From contig OZ253950.1 in NCBI GenBank assembly GCA_965267275.1, positions 121,333-185,332 of the forward strand: DNA of 64,000 nucleotides, in the 5' to 3' direction. Below the pieces are notes generated by a model. That model made no database searches, was not told the origin of the DNA, and was given only the letters and a program-made list of their open reading frames with translations. This document shows positions 38,901 to 49,800 of the stretch, piece by piece; the stretch's first letter is position 1, and each line of letters opens with the position of its first letter. Source of the stretch: Pseudomonadales bacterium (GTDB lineage Bacteria > Pseudomonadota > Gammaproteobacteria > Pseudomonadales > Azotimanducaceae). The position numbers were made by a program, and so were the translations under genes.

Positions 38901-40046
38901 CTAGTTGGCCAGTTTCGAAAGGTTCTGTGGCGTTTCCAGACCGAGGATTTCCGCATACTGTCTGGAATACCGCTCTCCCATGACGTCGGCGGTAAAATGG
39001 GCTTCGAAGCGCTTGCGCGCGTTGCGCCCCATCTCCTGTGCCTTTTCGGGGTGATGATGGAGTTGGTCCATGGCGCGCCGCAGGGACTTCACTGACCCGG
39101 GTGCGACAACGAGACCGGTCTCGTTGTGGACGTTGATGTGGCTCGTGCCCGAACCCACCTCTGTCGAGATCAACGGGCGTGAGTGCATTGCGCCTTCGAG
39201 GAGCGTGACGCCGAAAGCCTCGGACCTCAGATACGAAGGAAAAACCACTGCTTTTGCCAGCTTGAATAGCGCGGCTTTCGTCGATTCTTCGATGTAGCCG
39301 GTGAACACCACGTTGGTGAGACCGAGACGCTTGGCTTGTGCCATGAGCTCGTTTTCGATGGGTCCGGAGCCGACGATGATGACCTTGTAAGGCGCATCTT
39401 TTATCGCATCGAGCAGAATGTGCAGACCTTTGTAGTAGCGCAGCACACCCACGAACAGGAAAAAGTCGCTGCCAAACCGTGCCCGCGTTTCGAATAATTC
39501 GCTGTCGAGCACCGTGGGAAACGAGCGTTCATCCAGGCCGATCGGGATGACGCCGACCCGGTCACTGTGCTCAGACAGCACGTCACTGGTGACGAAATAG
39601 TTTGGCGAGGTGCAGACAATCTGATTGACGCTCGATAAGAATCTGCTCTGCAGCGGCTTATAGAGGAGCCCGAGAACGCGCTGCCGGATGATGTCCGAGT
39701 GGTAAGTGACGAGACTCGGCTTGTCATGGCCCGATGCAAAATGCAGCACGTCGGCAAACGGCCATGGCGTGTGGTAGTGCACGATGTCGGCTTCCGCCAC
39801 CCGCTCCTTGAAGGTCTGCAGGCCGGTGAGCGAGATGCTGCAGGAGGAGATCTCTACATGTTTCTTGACCCGGGTAACCCGCGCTTCGGGCCGTTCGACG
39901 ACAGCAGGCTCCGGGTTGTCGCTGAGCGTAAATACTTCACACGTGTGCCCCAGTGCCTGGGTGCTCAGACAGATCTGGCGAATGGTTTCTTCCAGACCGC
40001 CCTGCGTATCGGGAAAGTATGTGCGATAGACATGCAGGATGCGCAT
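38901..40046 (-). CDS. Glycosyltransferase family 4 (WbpZ-like)
   Basis: MRILHVYRTYFPD..GGLE, VGVLRYYKGL, FPSYLRSEAFGVTLLEGAM. Confidence 0.88.
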   Translation of the reverse strand: MRILHVYRTYFPDTQGGLEETIRQICLSTQALGHTCEVFTLSDNPEPAVVERPEARVTRVKKHVEISSCSISLTGLQTFKERVAEADIVHYHTPWPFADVLHFASGHDKPSLVTYHSDIIRQRVLGLLYKPLQSRFLSSVNQIVCTSPNYFVTSDVLSEHSDRVGVIPIGLDERSFPTVLDSELFETRARFGSDFFLFVGVLRYYKGLHILLDAIKDAPYKVIIVGSGPIENELMAQAKRLGLTNVVFTGYIEESTKAALFKLAKAVVFPSYLRSEAFGVTLLEGAMHSRPLISTEVGSGTSHINVHNETGLVVAPGSVKSLRRAMDQLHHHPEKAQEMGRNARKRFEAHFTADVMGERYSRQYAEILGLETPQNLSKLAN

Positions 40047-40277
40047 GAAGCTGAGCTGAGCCTCCTTTGATCAGGGGAATTGGGTGCGGTTGGGCCGTGA
40101 GATATAAGACACGCGCTTCAGTATATCAGCCTTGATGGCTCTCACGCGAAGAATTCGACGGGTTTCTAACACGCTTTCCCCTTGTGTTGAACGTCGAGTG
40201 GTGCGCGCAACCGTGTCCCTGTATCCTTCGCCACGCGTTGCCACACCTGTCCGAAGACTGGTCAGAATCTATCGCTG

Positions 40278-41090
40278 ATGATCGTGGCTCGAGGGAGTGC
40301 ACTAACAGACGCTCGTCAGCACAGGACTGGATCTTTGCAAAACAACGATATCGAAGACAACAACCCGTTTTTCATCCTGGGTGCGCCGCGTTCCGGGACC
40401 ACGCTTCTCAGGGACATCCTCAAATCTCACGACAGGTTATGCTCACCGGAAGAGACGTTCTACTTCAGGTGGCCGTTTCCTTACGGGACGAAAGAATACC
40501 GCACGACGCAACTCAACAATCCGACGATCCGCATGCATCGGGAAATGGATGGCATGGAAGAAGCGGCGTTTACCGAGGTGCTGGAAAAAGCGGCGTCGCG
40601 AAAAGAGATCATGGATTATCACGGCGCGTTCGTGGTTGAGCAGACGGGCAAAGCCAGATGGTTCGATAAGACTCCGCAGAACGTCTACGGCGCCTTTCTC
40701 ATGGCTGCCTTTTACCCCGACTCCAAATTCATCTGTATCTGGCGGCACCCGCTGAACGTCGCCGCGAGCCTCATGGAAGGCCGGCAGATCAAAACGGACA
40801 CGATCCAGGGTGCGGTCAACTACTGGATGGAAGCGGCGCTGATCATCCTGCAGTTCCAGAAGCTGCATGCCGATCGCCTGCTGACCCTGCGCTACGAAGA
40901 TCTGGTGGAATCGCCGGAAGCTGTGGCGGGTGCGTTGCTCGAGGATTTGGGGGAGGAGCCGCGCCGTGCCGACTATGCATGGGGTTCCGTGCACGCAGAG
41001 AAGAACCTTTACGAAGATGCGCTCAATCAACAGCAGGTTGATTTCGTGCTGGCGCAGACGGCTGAGATCAGGACACTCATCGGCTACTGA
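40278..41090 (+). CDS. Sulfotransferase family protein
   Basis: FILGAPRSGTTLL (5'-PSB loop), WFDKTPQN, IWRHPLNVAAS, LRYEDLV; start uncertain. Confidence 0.85.
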   Translation: MIVARGSALTDARQHRTGSLQNNDIEDNNPFFILGAPRSGTTLLRDILKSHDRLCSPEETFYFRWPFPYGTKEYRTTQLNNPTIRMHREMDGMEEAAFTEVLEKAASRKEIMDYHGAFVVEQTGKARWFDKTPQNVYGAFLMAAFYPDSKFICIWRHPLNVAASLMEGRQIKTDTIQGAVNYWMEAALIILQFQKLHADRLLTLRYEDLVESPEAVAGALLEDLGEEPRRADYAWGSVHAEKNLYEDALNQQQVDFVLAQTAEIRTLIGY

Positions 41091-41341
41091 ACGCGCCCTC
41101 TCGTTTCCCGCCCGTCTCCATACACCCACCGGCGGCGCCGCTCTCGCGGGCACCCGGCCCCTGGTCCGGCATTTTAATCTGTCGCTAGGCCGGTTCCGTT
41201 CAGAATTCGTTCAGCGCTGTGTGTTCAGACTCCTTCCCGAGCTTAGACGTTGGGAACGTTGGGAACGGGGATCCCGGGTTGTTATCAAGTAATTTTATGG
41301 TAGGGTTTTTGGTCCTGGTTTTTTTGTCACATGGATCTGAC

Positions 41342-41379
41342 AGGCTCTAAGCCGAATGAAAGGCTGTAAGCCGAATAAA
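41342..41379 (+). repeat. Tandem 19-bp direct repeat upstream of the surface-protein gene
   Basis: AGGCTCTAAGCCGAATGAA / AGGCTGTAAGCCGAATAAA (17/19 identical). Confidence 0.8.
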
Positions 41380-41405
41380 AATTAAATCGTCACAAGGAGA
41401 GTGCA

Positions 41406-44400
41406 GTGAAGATAGCTGCCTACGGTTTCGTAATCGCCCTGTTTGTCACGTTCAGTTCGACAGCACAGGCGCTTTCTCTTTCGATGACAACGACGCCTCA
41501 GTCCACCTCTGCGGGCGAGTCGGTGCTGGTAGAACTGGTCGCGTCTAATGAGTCCGGCTCCTCCGAGTCCGGGGTTACGGTTCAGATGACCTACCCGGCA
41601 AACCTCAACAGCGTCGGCGAAGCCGCTTTTTCTGGCCCTCTCGATGAGGCTGCGTCTTGCGACACGAATACGACATGTACTTCGGGCGAACTGATCGTCT
41701 GGAACCTCGGTACGCTCGACCCGGGCGAAGTCGTGCACATGTCATTTCCGACATCATCGCTATTCAGCGTTCCGGATGACACGGTGATCACGTTCGATGC
41801 AGACATGATCCAAAGCAGCAGCACAGTCGAGACTGCAAGCGCCAGCATTGTGGTGGAGTCTCCCCAGGGTTTTTCGCTCGATCTCAGTGAAGACCAGAAC
41901 CCCGTGGCACCTGGAAGCGAACTCACCTATCGCTTGAACTTCGGCAACATCACGACTGGCAATATCGATAACTCGGTGTTGACGCTGAATTTGCCGTCAA
42001 ACACTACTTTTGTCTCGGCGACGGGCGGTGGCAGCCACTCGGCCGGGGTGGTGACCTGGACTCTGAATACGCTGGTTGCCAATCAGATCGACACCCTCGA
42101 GGCGGTGGTGACGGTCGCCGGAGGCCTCTCGAACGGTACGCTCTTGGCAGCGTCCGCAGAGATCACTGGTGATGTGGGCGTGGCCGAGACAGCGGCGGAG
42201 CAGGCCGGCATCATAGGCCATGTCCAGGCGAGCACGCCTCTGAGCATGGCGATCACGCTGAACTCGAATCCCGAGAACGATGCCAGCACTAGCCTGGTGG
42301 AAATTACTGTCAGCAATCCCGGTTCGGTGACTCAGTCTGGGGTTACCATGGACATGCGTTGGCCGGTGGCGATAAACAGCCTCGGCGAGGGATTCTTCAC
42401 TGGGCCGTTTGATGCGGCGAGCTCCTGCGTAAACACCGTCTGTAGCCCAGACGAGATCGCGGTGTGGAACTTTGGTTCCCTCGCGCCCGGCCAGACCGAG
42501 GTGACGACTTTCCCGGTGTCAGCGTTTTCCTCCACTCCAGACGGCACTGTGTTTCGCTTTGCGCCCAAGATCTTCGCTGGCGGTAGCGTCATCGAAGAGA
42601 CCGCCAATCTGACGATCAAGGCGAACCAGCTGTCGCTTGATCTGAGCGAAAGCCAGGATCCGGTGGTGCCAGGCAGTCAGCAGACGTACCGCCTCAGCTG
42701 GGGCAATGTCACCACCGGCAATATCGATAATACGGAGCTGACCTTTCGGTTGCCTGCAGACACCACGTTCGTCTCGGCCACCGACGGCGGCACCCATTCT
42801 AACGGCGTGGTCACCTGGGATATGAACACCCTGGTGGCAAATCAGATCGATACCTTCGAGGTGGTTGTGGATGTGGCAGGCAGCTTAGCCGACGGCACAT
42901 TGCTCGAGGCTTCGGCGGAGATTGTCGGCGAGGCCGGGGTGGCACAGATTGCCGCCGAGCAGGCCAGCACCGTCAGTCACGTGCAGGCGAGCGCGCCTTT
43001 GACCATGGCGATTACGGTGAACTCGAATCCGGAGAACGATGCGTTTACGAGTCTGGTGGAGATTACCGTCAGCAATCCGGGCACCGTCACTCAATCCGGT
43101 GTCAGCATGGAGATGCGCTGGCCGGCGTCGATCAACAGCCTCGGCGAGGGATTCTTCACTGGGCCGTTTGATGAGGCGAGTTCCTGCGTAAACACCGTCT
43201 GTAGCCCAGACGAGATCGCGGTGTGGAATTTCGGCTCGCTCGCGCCCGGCCAGACCGAGGTGACGACTTTCCCGGTGTCAGCGTTTTCCTCCACTCCAGA
43301 CGGCACTGTGTTTCGCTTTGCGCCCAAGATCTTCGCTGGCGGTAGCGTCATCGAAGAGACCGCCAATCTGACGATCAAGGCGAACCAGCTGTCGCTTGAT
43401 CTGAGCGAAAGCCAGGATCCAGTGGCGCCAGGCAGTCAGCAGACGTACCGCCTCAGCTGGGGCAATGTCACCACCGGCAATATCGATAATACGGAGCTGA
43501 CCTTTCGGTTGCCTGCAGACACCACGTTCGTCTCGGCCACCGACGGCGGCACCCATTCTAACGGCGTGGTCACCTGGGATATGAACACCCTGGTGGCAAA
43601 TCAGATCGATACCTTCGAGGTGGTTGTGGATGTGGCAGGCAGCTTAGCCGACGGCACATTGCTCGAGGCTTCGGCGGAGATTGTCGGCGAGGCCGGGGTG
43701 GCACAGATTGCCGCCGAGCAGGCCAGCACCGTCAGTCACGTGCAGGCGAGCGCGCCTTTGACCATGGCGATTACGGTGAACTCGAATCCGGAGAACGATG
43801 CGTTTACGAGTCTGGTGGAGATTACCGTCAGCAATCCGGGCACCGTCACTCAATCCGGTGTCAGCATGGAGATGCGCTGGCCGGCGTCGATCAACAGCCT
43901 CGGCGAGGGATTCTTCACTGGGCCGTTTGATGAGGCGAGTTCCTGCGTAAACACCGTCTGTAGCCCAGACGAGATCGCGGTGTGGAATTTCGGCTCGCTC
44001 GCGCCCGGTCAGACCGAAGTGACGACCTTCCCGGTGTCGGCATTCTCCTCCACCGCGGACGGTACAATCTTTCGGTTTGCACCGAAGCTGTTTGTCAACG
44101 ACGTCACCATCGAAGAGTCGGCCAACCTGACCATCAAGGCGAACCAGCTGTCGCTTGATCTGAGCGAAAGCCAGGATCCGGTGTTGCCGGGGAGTCTGCT
44201 CACCTACGTCATCAGCGGTGGCAACGTCACAACGGGAAATATCAACAACACCGTGCTGACCTTTACGCTGCCGGAGAATACGACGTTCGTCTCAGCTTCT
44301 GACGGCGGCACGCACGCGAATGGCGTCGTGACCTGGACGCTGAATACGTTACCCGCTGGTGACATTGGTCGCGTTGAGGTCGTTGTGGATGTGGCCGGTA

Positions 44401-46001
44401 ACCTCACCAATGGCACCCTTCTCGAAGGCGTCGCCGAAATCGTGGGTGATGCGGGTATTTCGAATGTCGCTGCTGAACGCTCGACTACGGTTACTCATGT
44501 ACAGCTGCAGCCACCGCTGACAATGGCTGTCAGCATTAATCCAGATCCCGAAAGCGACTTTACGAGCAGTTGGGTAGAGGTCATCGTCAGTAACCCGGGG
44601 TCAGTAACGCAGTCGGGTGTCACCATGGAGATGCGCTGGCCGGCGGGGATCAACAGTATCAGCGAGACGCTCATCAGCGGCGCTATCGATGCGGCAAGTT
44701 CCTGTGTGAACACCACGTGCAGCCCTGATGAGTTGGTGGTGTGGAACTTCGGCTCCCTCGCGCCGGGCCAGACCGAGGTGACGACCTTCCCGGTATCGGC
44801 TTTCTCCTCCACCGTGGACGGTACCATCTTCCGTTTCACGCCCAGGCTGTTTGTCAACGATTTCACGATCGAAGAGACGGCTACTCTGACGATCAAAGAG
44901 CCGGATCTCGATCTTGCGCTCGATACTGCAGAGTACGATGGCAGGCCCTTCAACCAGGTCCCGATGTCCCCGGGCGAACGTATTGTCTACACCCTGAAGT
45001 ATGGCAATGTCAGCGGGGGGAACCTGGATAATGCGAGGCTCACGTTTGAGGTGCCTACGGGGACTTCATACCAGGACGGAACAAACGTTCCGACGTTCGA
45101 ATCAGGAATCGTCACCTGGGATCTGGGTACGCTGAATGCGGGGGAAGTGGGTGAGCAGAAGGTCAAAGTGCTTGTGCTTGGCCCTGGCCCCGATGGAACG
45201 TTGCTCGAAGCGAACGCGTCCATCGATTCAGATGATGGCGCGGCGCGGCGCGCGAAGCGCGTGTCGTTCATCAACAGGGTGCACCCGCTGACTCTGGATT
45301 TGACGCTGTCACCTTTCCCGAGCCTTTCGGCCGAGGTCATCAACGTCACGCTCACCGCGACCAACGTCAGCGGCGGGGCGGTGTCCGGTGCGCTCATCGA
45401 GATGCGTTATCCGTTCGGCTTTGCAGGCCTCTCTGAATCTTCAATCGAAGGCATTGACGCGGCGCTCTCATGTGGCGGCAATACCTTCTGTACGGAAGGT
45501 GAGCGGCTCTTCTGGAATCTCGGGACACTGGATGCGGGCGCGCAGAGCACGTTTACCTTCAGTCCGTCGCTTAACAGCCTGGCCACCGGCAGCGTGGTCA
45601 CTGCGCTGGCGACTCTGATTGAAGGTAATGACTCGCTTGCGCTTGCCAGCGCTTCCACCGTCATTGCGGCTTCCAGAACCGATACTGATGGTGATGGCAT
45701 CGGCAACGACTTCGACAACTGTACGACCACCTCCAATTTCGAGCAGATTGATTTCGAGCTCGATAGTCGTGGCGACGTTTGTGATCCTGACGATGACAAT
45801 GACGGGCTGCGGGATACAGACGAACTCTTGCTGGGTACCAGTCCGTTTAATAAAGACACGGACGGTGATGGCGGCCTCGACGGTATCGAAGTTAGACGCG
45901 GCCTCGACCCGTTGAATCCAAACGACTGGCCAACTTTTGTTTGTAATCCTGATGTGACGCTGGGTGGGTTCGGCCACTCGCTGAGCTGCAGCAGGGATTA
46001 A
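41406..46001 (+). CDS. Large secreted repeat protein (DUF11-like Ig domains, C-terminal TSP3-like Ca-binding motifs); probable adhesin or surface protein
   Basis: AAGGAG RBS and GTG; signal peptide ending AQA; alternating domains at 253-aa period; DTDGDG/DDDNDG motifs near the C-terminus. Confidence 0.8.
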   Translation: MKIAAYGFVIALFVTFSSTAQALSLSMTTTPQSTSAGESVLVELVASNESGSSESGVTVQMTYPANLNSVGEAAFSGPLDEAASCDTNTTCTSGELIVWNLGTLDPGEVVHMSFPTSSLFSVPDDTVITFDADMIQSSSTVETASASIVVESPQGFSLDLSEDQNPVAPGSELTYRLNFGNITTGNIDNSVLTLNLPSNTTFVSATGGGSHSAGVVTWTLNTLVANQIDTLEAVVTVAGGLSNGTLLAASAEITGDVGVAETAAEQAGIIGHVQASTPLSMAITLNSNPENDASTSLVEITVSNPGSVTQSGVTMDMRWPVAINSLGEGFFTGPFDAASSCVNTVCSPDEIAVWNFGSLAPGQTEVTTFPVSAFSSTPDGTVFRFAPKIFAGGSVIEETANLTIKANQLSLDLSESQDPVVPGSQQTYRLSWGNVTTGNIDNTELTFRLPADTTFVSATDGGTHSNGVVTWDMNTLVANQIDTFEVVVDVAGSLADGTLLEASAEIVGEAGVAQIAAEQASTVSHVQASAPLTMAITVNSNPENDAFTSLVEITVSNPGTVTQSGVSMEMRWPASINSLGEGFFTGPFDEASSCVNTVCSPDEIAVWNFGSLAPGQTEVTTFPVSAFSSTPDGTVFRFAPKIFAGGSVIEETANLTIKANQLSLDLSESQDPVAPGSQQTYRLSWGNVTTGNIDNTELTFRLPADTTFVSATDGGTHSNGVVTWDMNTLVANQIDTFEVVVDVAGSLADGTLLEASAEIVGEAGVAQIAAEQASTVSHVQASAPLTMAITVNSNPENDAFTSLVEITVSNPGTVTQSGVSMEMRWPASINSLGEGFFTGPFDEASSCVNTVCSPDEIAVWNFGSLAPGQTEVTTFPVSAFSSTADGTIFRFAPKLFVNDVTIEESANLTIKANQLSLDLSESQDPVLPGSLLTYVISGGNVTTGNINNTVLTFTLPENTTFVSASDGGTHANGVVTWTLNTLPAGDIGRVEVVVDVAGNLTNGTLLEGVAEIVGDAGISNVAAERSTTVTHVQLQPPLTMAVSINPDPESDFTSSWVEVIVSNPGSVTQSGVTMEMRWPAGINSISETLISGAIDAASSCVNTTCSPDELVVWNFGSLAPGQTEVTTFPVSAFSSTVDGTIFRFTPRLFVNDFTIEETATLTIKEPDLDLALDTAEYDGRPFNQVPMSPGERIVYTLKYGNVSGGNLDNARLTFEVPTGTSYQDGTNVPTFESGIVTWDLGTLNAGEVGEQKVKVLVLGPGPDGTLLEANASIDSDDGAARRAKRVSFINRVHPLTLDLTLSPFPSLSAEVINVTLTATNVSGGAVSGALIEMRYPFGFAGLSESSIEGIDAALSCGGNTFCTEGERLFWNLGTLDAGAQSTFTFSPSLNSLATGSVVTALATLIEGNDSLALASASTVIAASRTDTDGDGIGNDFDNCTTTSNFEQIDFELDSRGDVCDPDDDNDGLRDTDELLLGTSPFNKDTDGDGGLDGIEVRRGLDPLNPNDWPTFVCNPDVTLGGFGHSLSCSRD
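42480..44007 (+). repeat. Near-identical 759-bp intragenic tandem duplication
   Basis: GCGAACCAGCTGTCGCTTGATCTGAGCGAAAGCCAGGATCC recurs at 42621, 43380 and 44139; about 42480-43248 is nearly identical to 43239-44007. Confidence 0.9.
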
Positions 46002-46097
46002 ATAGGTACTCGGAAATGATAGGCAAAACGTCCTCTCTGATGTTGTGTGCTAGCATTTCCGGGTGTTCTCACGATCACATCCCGTAAAGGAATGGTT

Positions 46098-46784
46098 ATG
46101 TATAAGAAAATTCGACCGACTAACGTGTGGCGCTCTGTTTCGGCGGCATTGATTCTGTTGTTCGCGTCCAGCGGCGCCAACGCAGATGAATTCCTCGACG
46201 GCAAACCACTCTTGAAAGACGCCGTCAGCACATCAGCCGGTTTGGAGCTGATTCTGCCTCTGATTGACGAGGTAGATAACACCGGCGATGGTTACCCGGA
46301 TCAGATATTCGTTAAGTTCAACGTCTTCACGGCAGGGACGACGAACCGTCTATTCGATTCGACGCCAAGGGGCTTCGTGCCTCCGTCTATTCCCTGTACG
46401 ACTGTGGCGACGGGCTCTCTCGACTGGGACTGGGATATCACCTTCGTTGGGGAAGACAACACCCATACCGGTCTGGGTCTCCTTTTCTACACCGAGTGCT
46501 TCGACGAAAGCGACGGGCAGTTCAAGGAAGCCATCAAGACCTTGTTCTACATGGCTGATACCAGATCGAACAGCGGCATATCCTGGGCGCAAGCCTGGCC
46601 GTGGGACGCCCTCGGTTTCGAAATCGTAAACTGGGACGGAGACGCGCAGGAAGAAGTGGTCATTTATCTTGCGAATGAGAACGACGTTACCGGTCGGGCA
46701 GAAGCGCGACCGGTCATTCTGCGTAAAGCTGACGGTACGCCAGAATCGGATCGACGTTACACGATCCTTCGAGTATTCGACTAA
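46098..46784 (+). CDS. Secreted hypothetical protein
   Basis: AAAGGA RBS; signal peptide ending GANA; DNTGDGYPD and NWDGDAQEE Ca-binding-like motifs. Confidence 0.7.
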   Translation: MYKKIRPTNVWRSVSAALILLFASSGANADEFLDGKPLLKDAVSTSAGLELILPLIDEVDNTGDGYPDQIFVKFNVFTAGTTNRLFDSTPRGFVPPSIPCTTVATGSLDWDWDITFVGEDNTHTGLGLLFYTECFDESDGQFKEAIKTLFYMADTRSNSGISWAQAWPWDALGFEIVNWDGDAQEEVVIYLANENDVTGRAEARPVILRKADGTPESDRRYTILRVFD

Positions 46785-46808
46785 CAGACCACCTGCAACC
46801 CGTTACAT

Positions 46809-46847
46809 AGGCGGTGCTTTCGCTTGCGGAAGCACCGCCTTTGTTTT
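46809..46847 (+). terminator. Intrinsic terminator
   Basis: AGGCGGTGCTT...AAGCACCGCCT 11-bp stem followed by TTGTTTT. Confidence 0.8.
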
Positions 46848-46886
46848 ATCTACAGCGGTGGTTTTCGCGCTTCCAAGTTAGGCAAT

Positions 46887-49800
46887 ATGGGCACACTGAC
46901 AATTCACGAGCAAGCCGAGGCGATTTTCGACGAGCGATGGTATCGCTCCCAGCTGGAAGATGATCTTCCCGGCGACGTGGATCTCTTTGCACACTATCTG
47001 GAAACGCAGGCCGCTGACGCGTTGAGCCCGCATCCTCTATTTGACACGGCGTACTATGCGGCGCAGGCGGGCCAAGCGCTGGGATCCACCAATCCGCTGC
47101 TGCACTATCTCGAAATCGGCGCGGCGATGCACTTTGCCCCACACCCGCTGTTCAACGGCCGCTGGTATCTGACCATGCACAAAGACGTGCACGCTGCGGG
47201 GCAGAACCCGCTTGTTCACTACCTCAGATACGGTGCCAGTGAGGGGCGAAATCCGTCCGAACAGTTCGACCACCATTGGTATCTCTCGCAGTATCCGGAT
47301 GTTGCAGAAGCAAATCAAAACCCGGTCGTTCACTACTTTTTGTATGGGCGGCGCGAAGGCCGCTTCAAGAATTCTCAGGAAAAGCTGGCGCACCAGGTTT
47401 CATCCGAAAAGGCGGGTTCGCTGGCTTTTGCACTTGATTCCCCGAGCTGGGACAACCAGCAATTAGCAGATTCTCAATCGAGTGCTTTCGAGCTCGATCT
47501 CACAGATGAAACCCGGCTGGTGTCCTGGGATGTCTGGGATACCCTGCTTTACCGGACCTGTCATCCGGATGAGATCAAGATGGCCTCGGCTCGCTATCTG
47601 CTGTTGCGCCGACCTGCTGACATCAAGCCGGGTTATCGACATCTGGGAGCCCTTTATCAAGCGCGACGGCGTGCGGAAAACAAGCTGGCGCATACGGCAG
47701 ACTATGAGTTTGAATTTGCACAAGCGTGTCTCGCCTGGCTGGCGGAAGTACTGACACCTTCCATGTCAGACGTAATGCTCTGCGATTTGAGAAACGAGGT
47801 CCTGCGGCATGAGCTGCGGGCGGAGCGACGTGCCACCCGGCGTGACGATGCCGTCTGGCAGGCGATTGCGGCGGCGGATGTACCCATGGTTTTCGCCTCG
47901 GACTTTTATATGCCTGAGAGTTTCCTGCAGGAACTGTTGCACGGGAACGGCGCGGACAGCTTCTTCATCAAAGGTTATGCCTCGTCCGAGGAGCGGGCCA
48001 ACAAACGAACGGGGGCGTTGTTCGAACAGGTGCTGAGCGAGTTCGAGCTTGAGCCCGAGATGCTCCTGCACGTGGGAGATAATCTGGAAGCAGACGTCAA
48101 TGCCGCCGAACGCCTGGGGATTCGGACCCAGCATTACGATCGGCCTGGCGCGGTTACAACCAGAGAGCTGCAAAACCAGGCCTTGCAGGGCAAGCTCCTG
48201 GGTAAGCCCGATGCTTACGAAGCGCCTTTGCTCCAAATTCTGGGAACGCCTCACGCGGCACCGTCCGGGTTGGGTCAGAAGGAGAGTGAGCTCTGGAACT
48301 ACGGGCGCAGGTTCGCGCCGGTTGCGGTCGGCTTTGCACTCTCGATCTTGCAGGATGCGGTTCAGCACGGCGCTGACACGATTTATCTCTTTACCCGGGA
48401 AGGCGTTTTTGTCAAAAAACTGCTTGATCGTCTGATCGCGCTCGACCCCTTCTATCTGGAAAGCTATCCCGTTACTCAGTTGCTCGAAGTCAGCCGCGTA
48501 GCGACGTTTGCACCGTCCCTCGAGGTGATCAACCGTACGAGCCTCATGCGTATGTGGACCATGTATGCGCGGCAATCTCCTGCGGGGCTCTGTGCGAGTC
48601 TCAATCTGACGGAGGCGCAAACACGGCCGTTGTTCGAGGAAGCCGGTTTTGACTACGCAGTTGAAGTGCATGCGCCCTGGAAGAACGAGGACTTCGTCGC
48701 CGTGGTCGAGGGTGACGCATTTCAGGGTATCGTCGAAGAGTCTGTCGGCGAGCAGCGCAGATTGTTGAAAAGCTATCTTGCCGAGCGGGGCCTGCATGAT
48801 CAGACGCAATCGGCGTACGTCGTCGATCTCGGGTGGCGTGGCACCATTCAGGACAACCTGTCAGCGCTGCTCGGTGTCCCGTTGCGCGGTACGTATCTGG
48901 GCTTGTTCGAGTTTTTGAACGAGCAGTTTCCGGGCAGCCGCAAAGGCGGCTGGCTGTTCGACCTGAACGCCGAGGCGGATTGGCATGTCGGGTATGAGAT
49001 TGCCCCCCTCGAGATGTTATTCAATGGCGCGGGCGGCTCTGTATCGCACTACAGCCAGGAGCATGAACACGTTGTCGCGGTGACATCGGTGGAACCGGAC
49101 GAAGAACGTGTGTTCGAAGAATACGTGGCGCACTTTCAGGCGGGGGTGCTGGATGCTTTACCACCGCTCGCTGAGTTCATCGCGGTCCGCGGTCTGCTTG
49201 CACAAGATCTGCGGGATGTCGCTCGCAAGATTGTTGCCGCTGCGCTGCGCTATCCACCCCCGCTCATCGCGGATGCGTTCTTTGCGCTGAAGCACAACGA
49301 GACGTTTGGCACCGGCGCTTACGATCAGATGGGGAGCGGTGTGCAGCAGTTTCTCGACGCGCGCGCGGATCTGGCGGGCAGCCGGCTCCATGCGGCGGCT
49401 TCTGCGCTCCTCGAGGAGGCGCGCTGGCCGGAAGGATTTCTTCGGCAGAAGCGTATCTCGGAGTTGATTGGAAAACACGACGCCGATGTAGAACTGCATC
49501 TGCCCTGCCAGTATCTGCAGCAGCAAGAGGCGGGCGACAGCCCGGAACCGACGGTAGGTATATTCACGCCCGCGCCGCTGATCGGATCGGGCGGGCATCG
49601 TACGATTTTCAATGTTGCGCGCCGCCTGGTCGAGGCAGGCTTCAGGGTGAATTGTATTCTCGAGGATGAAGGTGAAGGTCTGGACGTGGCCTACGACTAC
49701 CTGCGCGGTTCAGGGGCAACGGTAGAACTGGGTTGGCACCTGCCTCGGGAGATGGACTATGCGCTGGCAACGATTGCGCACTCCGCGCCGGTGGTCGAGC

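Noticed and set aside
41347-41377. Sigma28-like promoter (TAA..GCCGAATA)
   Set aside because: Spacing of 18-19 nt does not fit the ~15-nt FliA consensus; better described as a direct repeat.
42579-42589. GGCGGTAGCGT, a perfect ops (RfaH) motif, also at 43338-43348
   Set aside because: Lies mid-CDS encoding GGSV, is duplicated only by the tandem repeat, is absent from diverged units and has no JUMPstart context.
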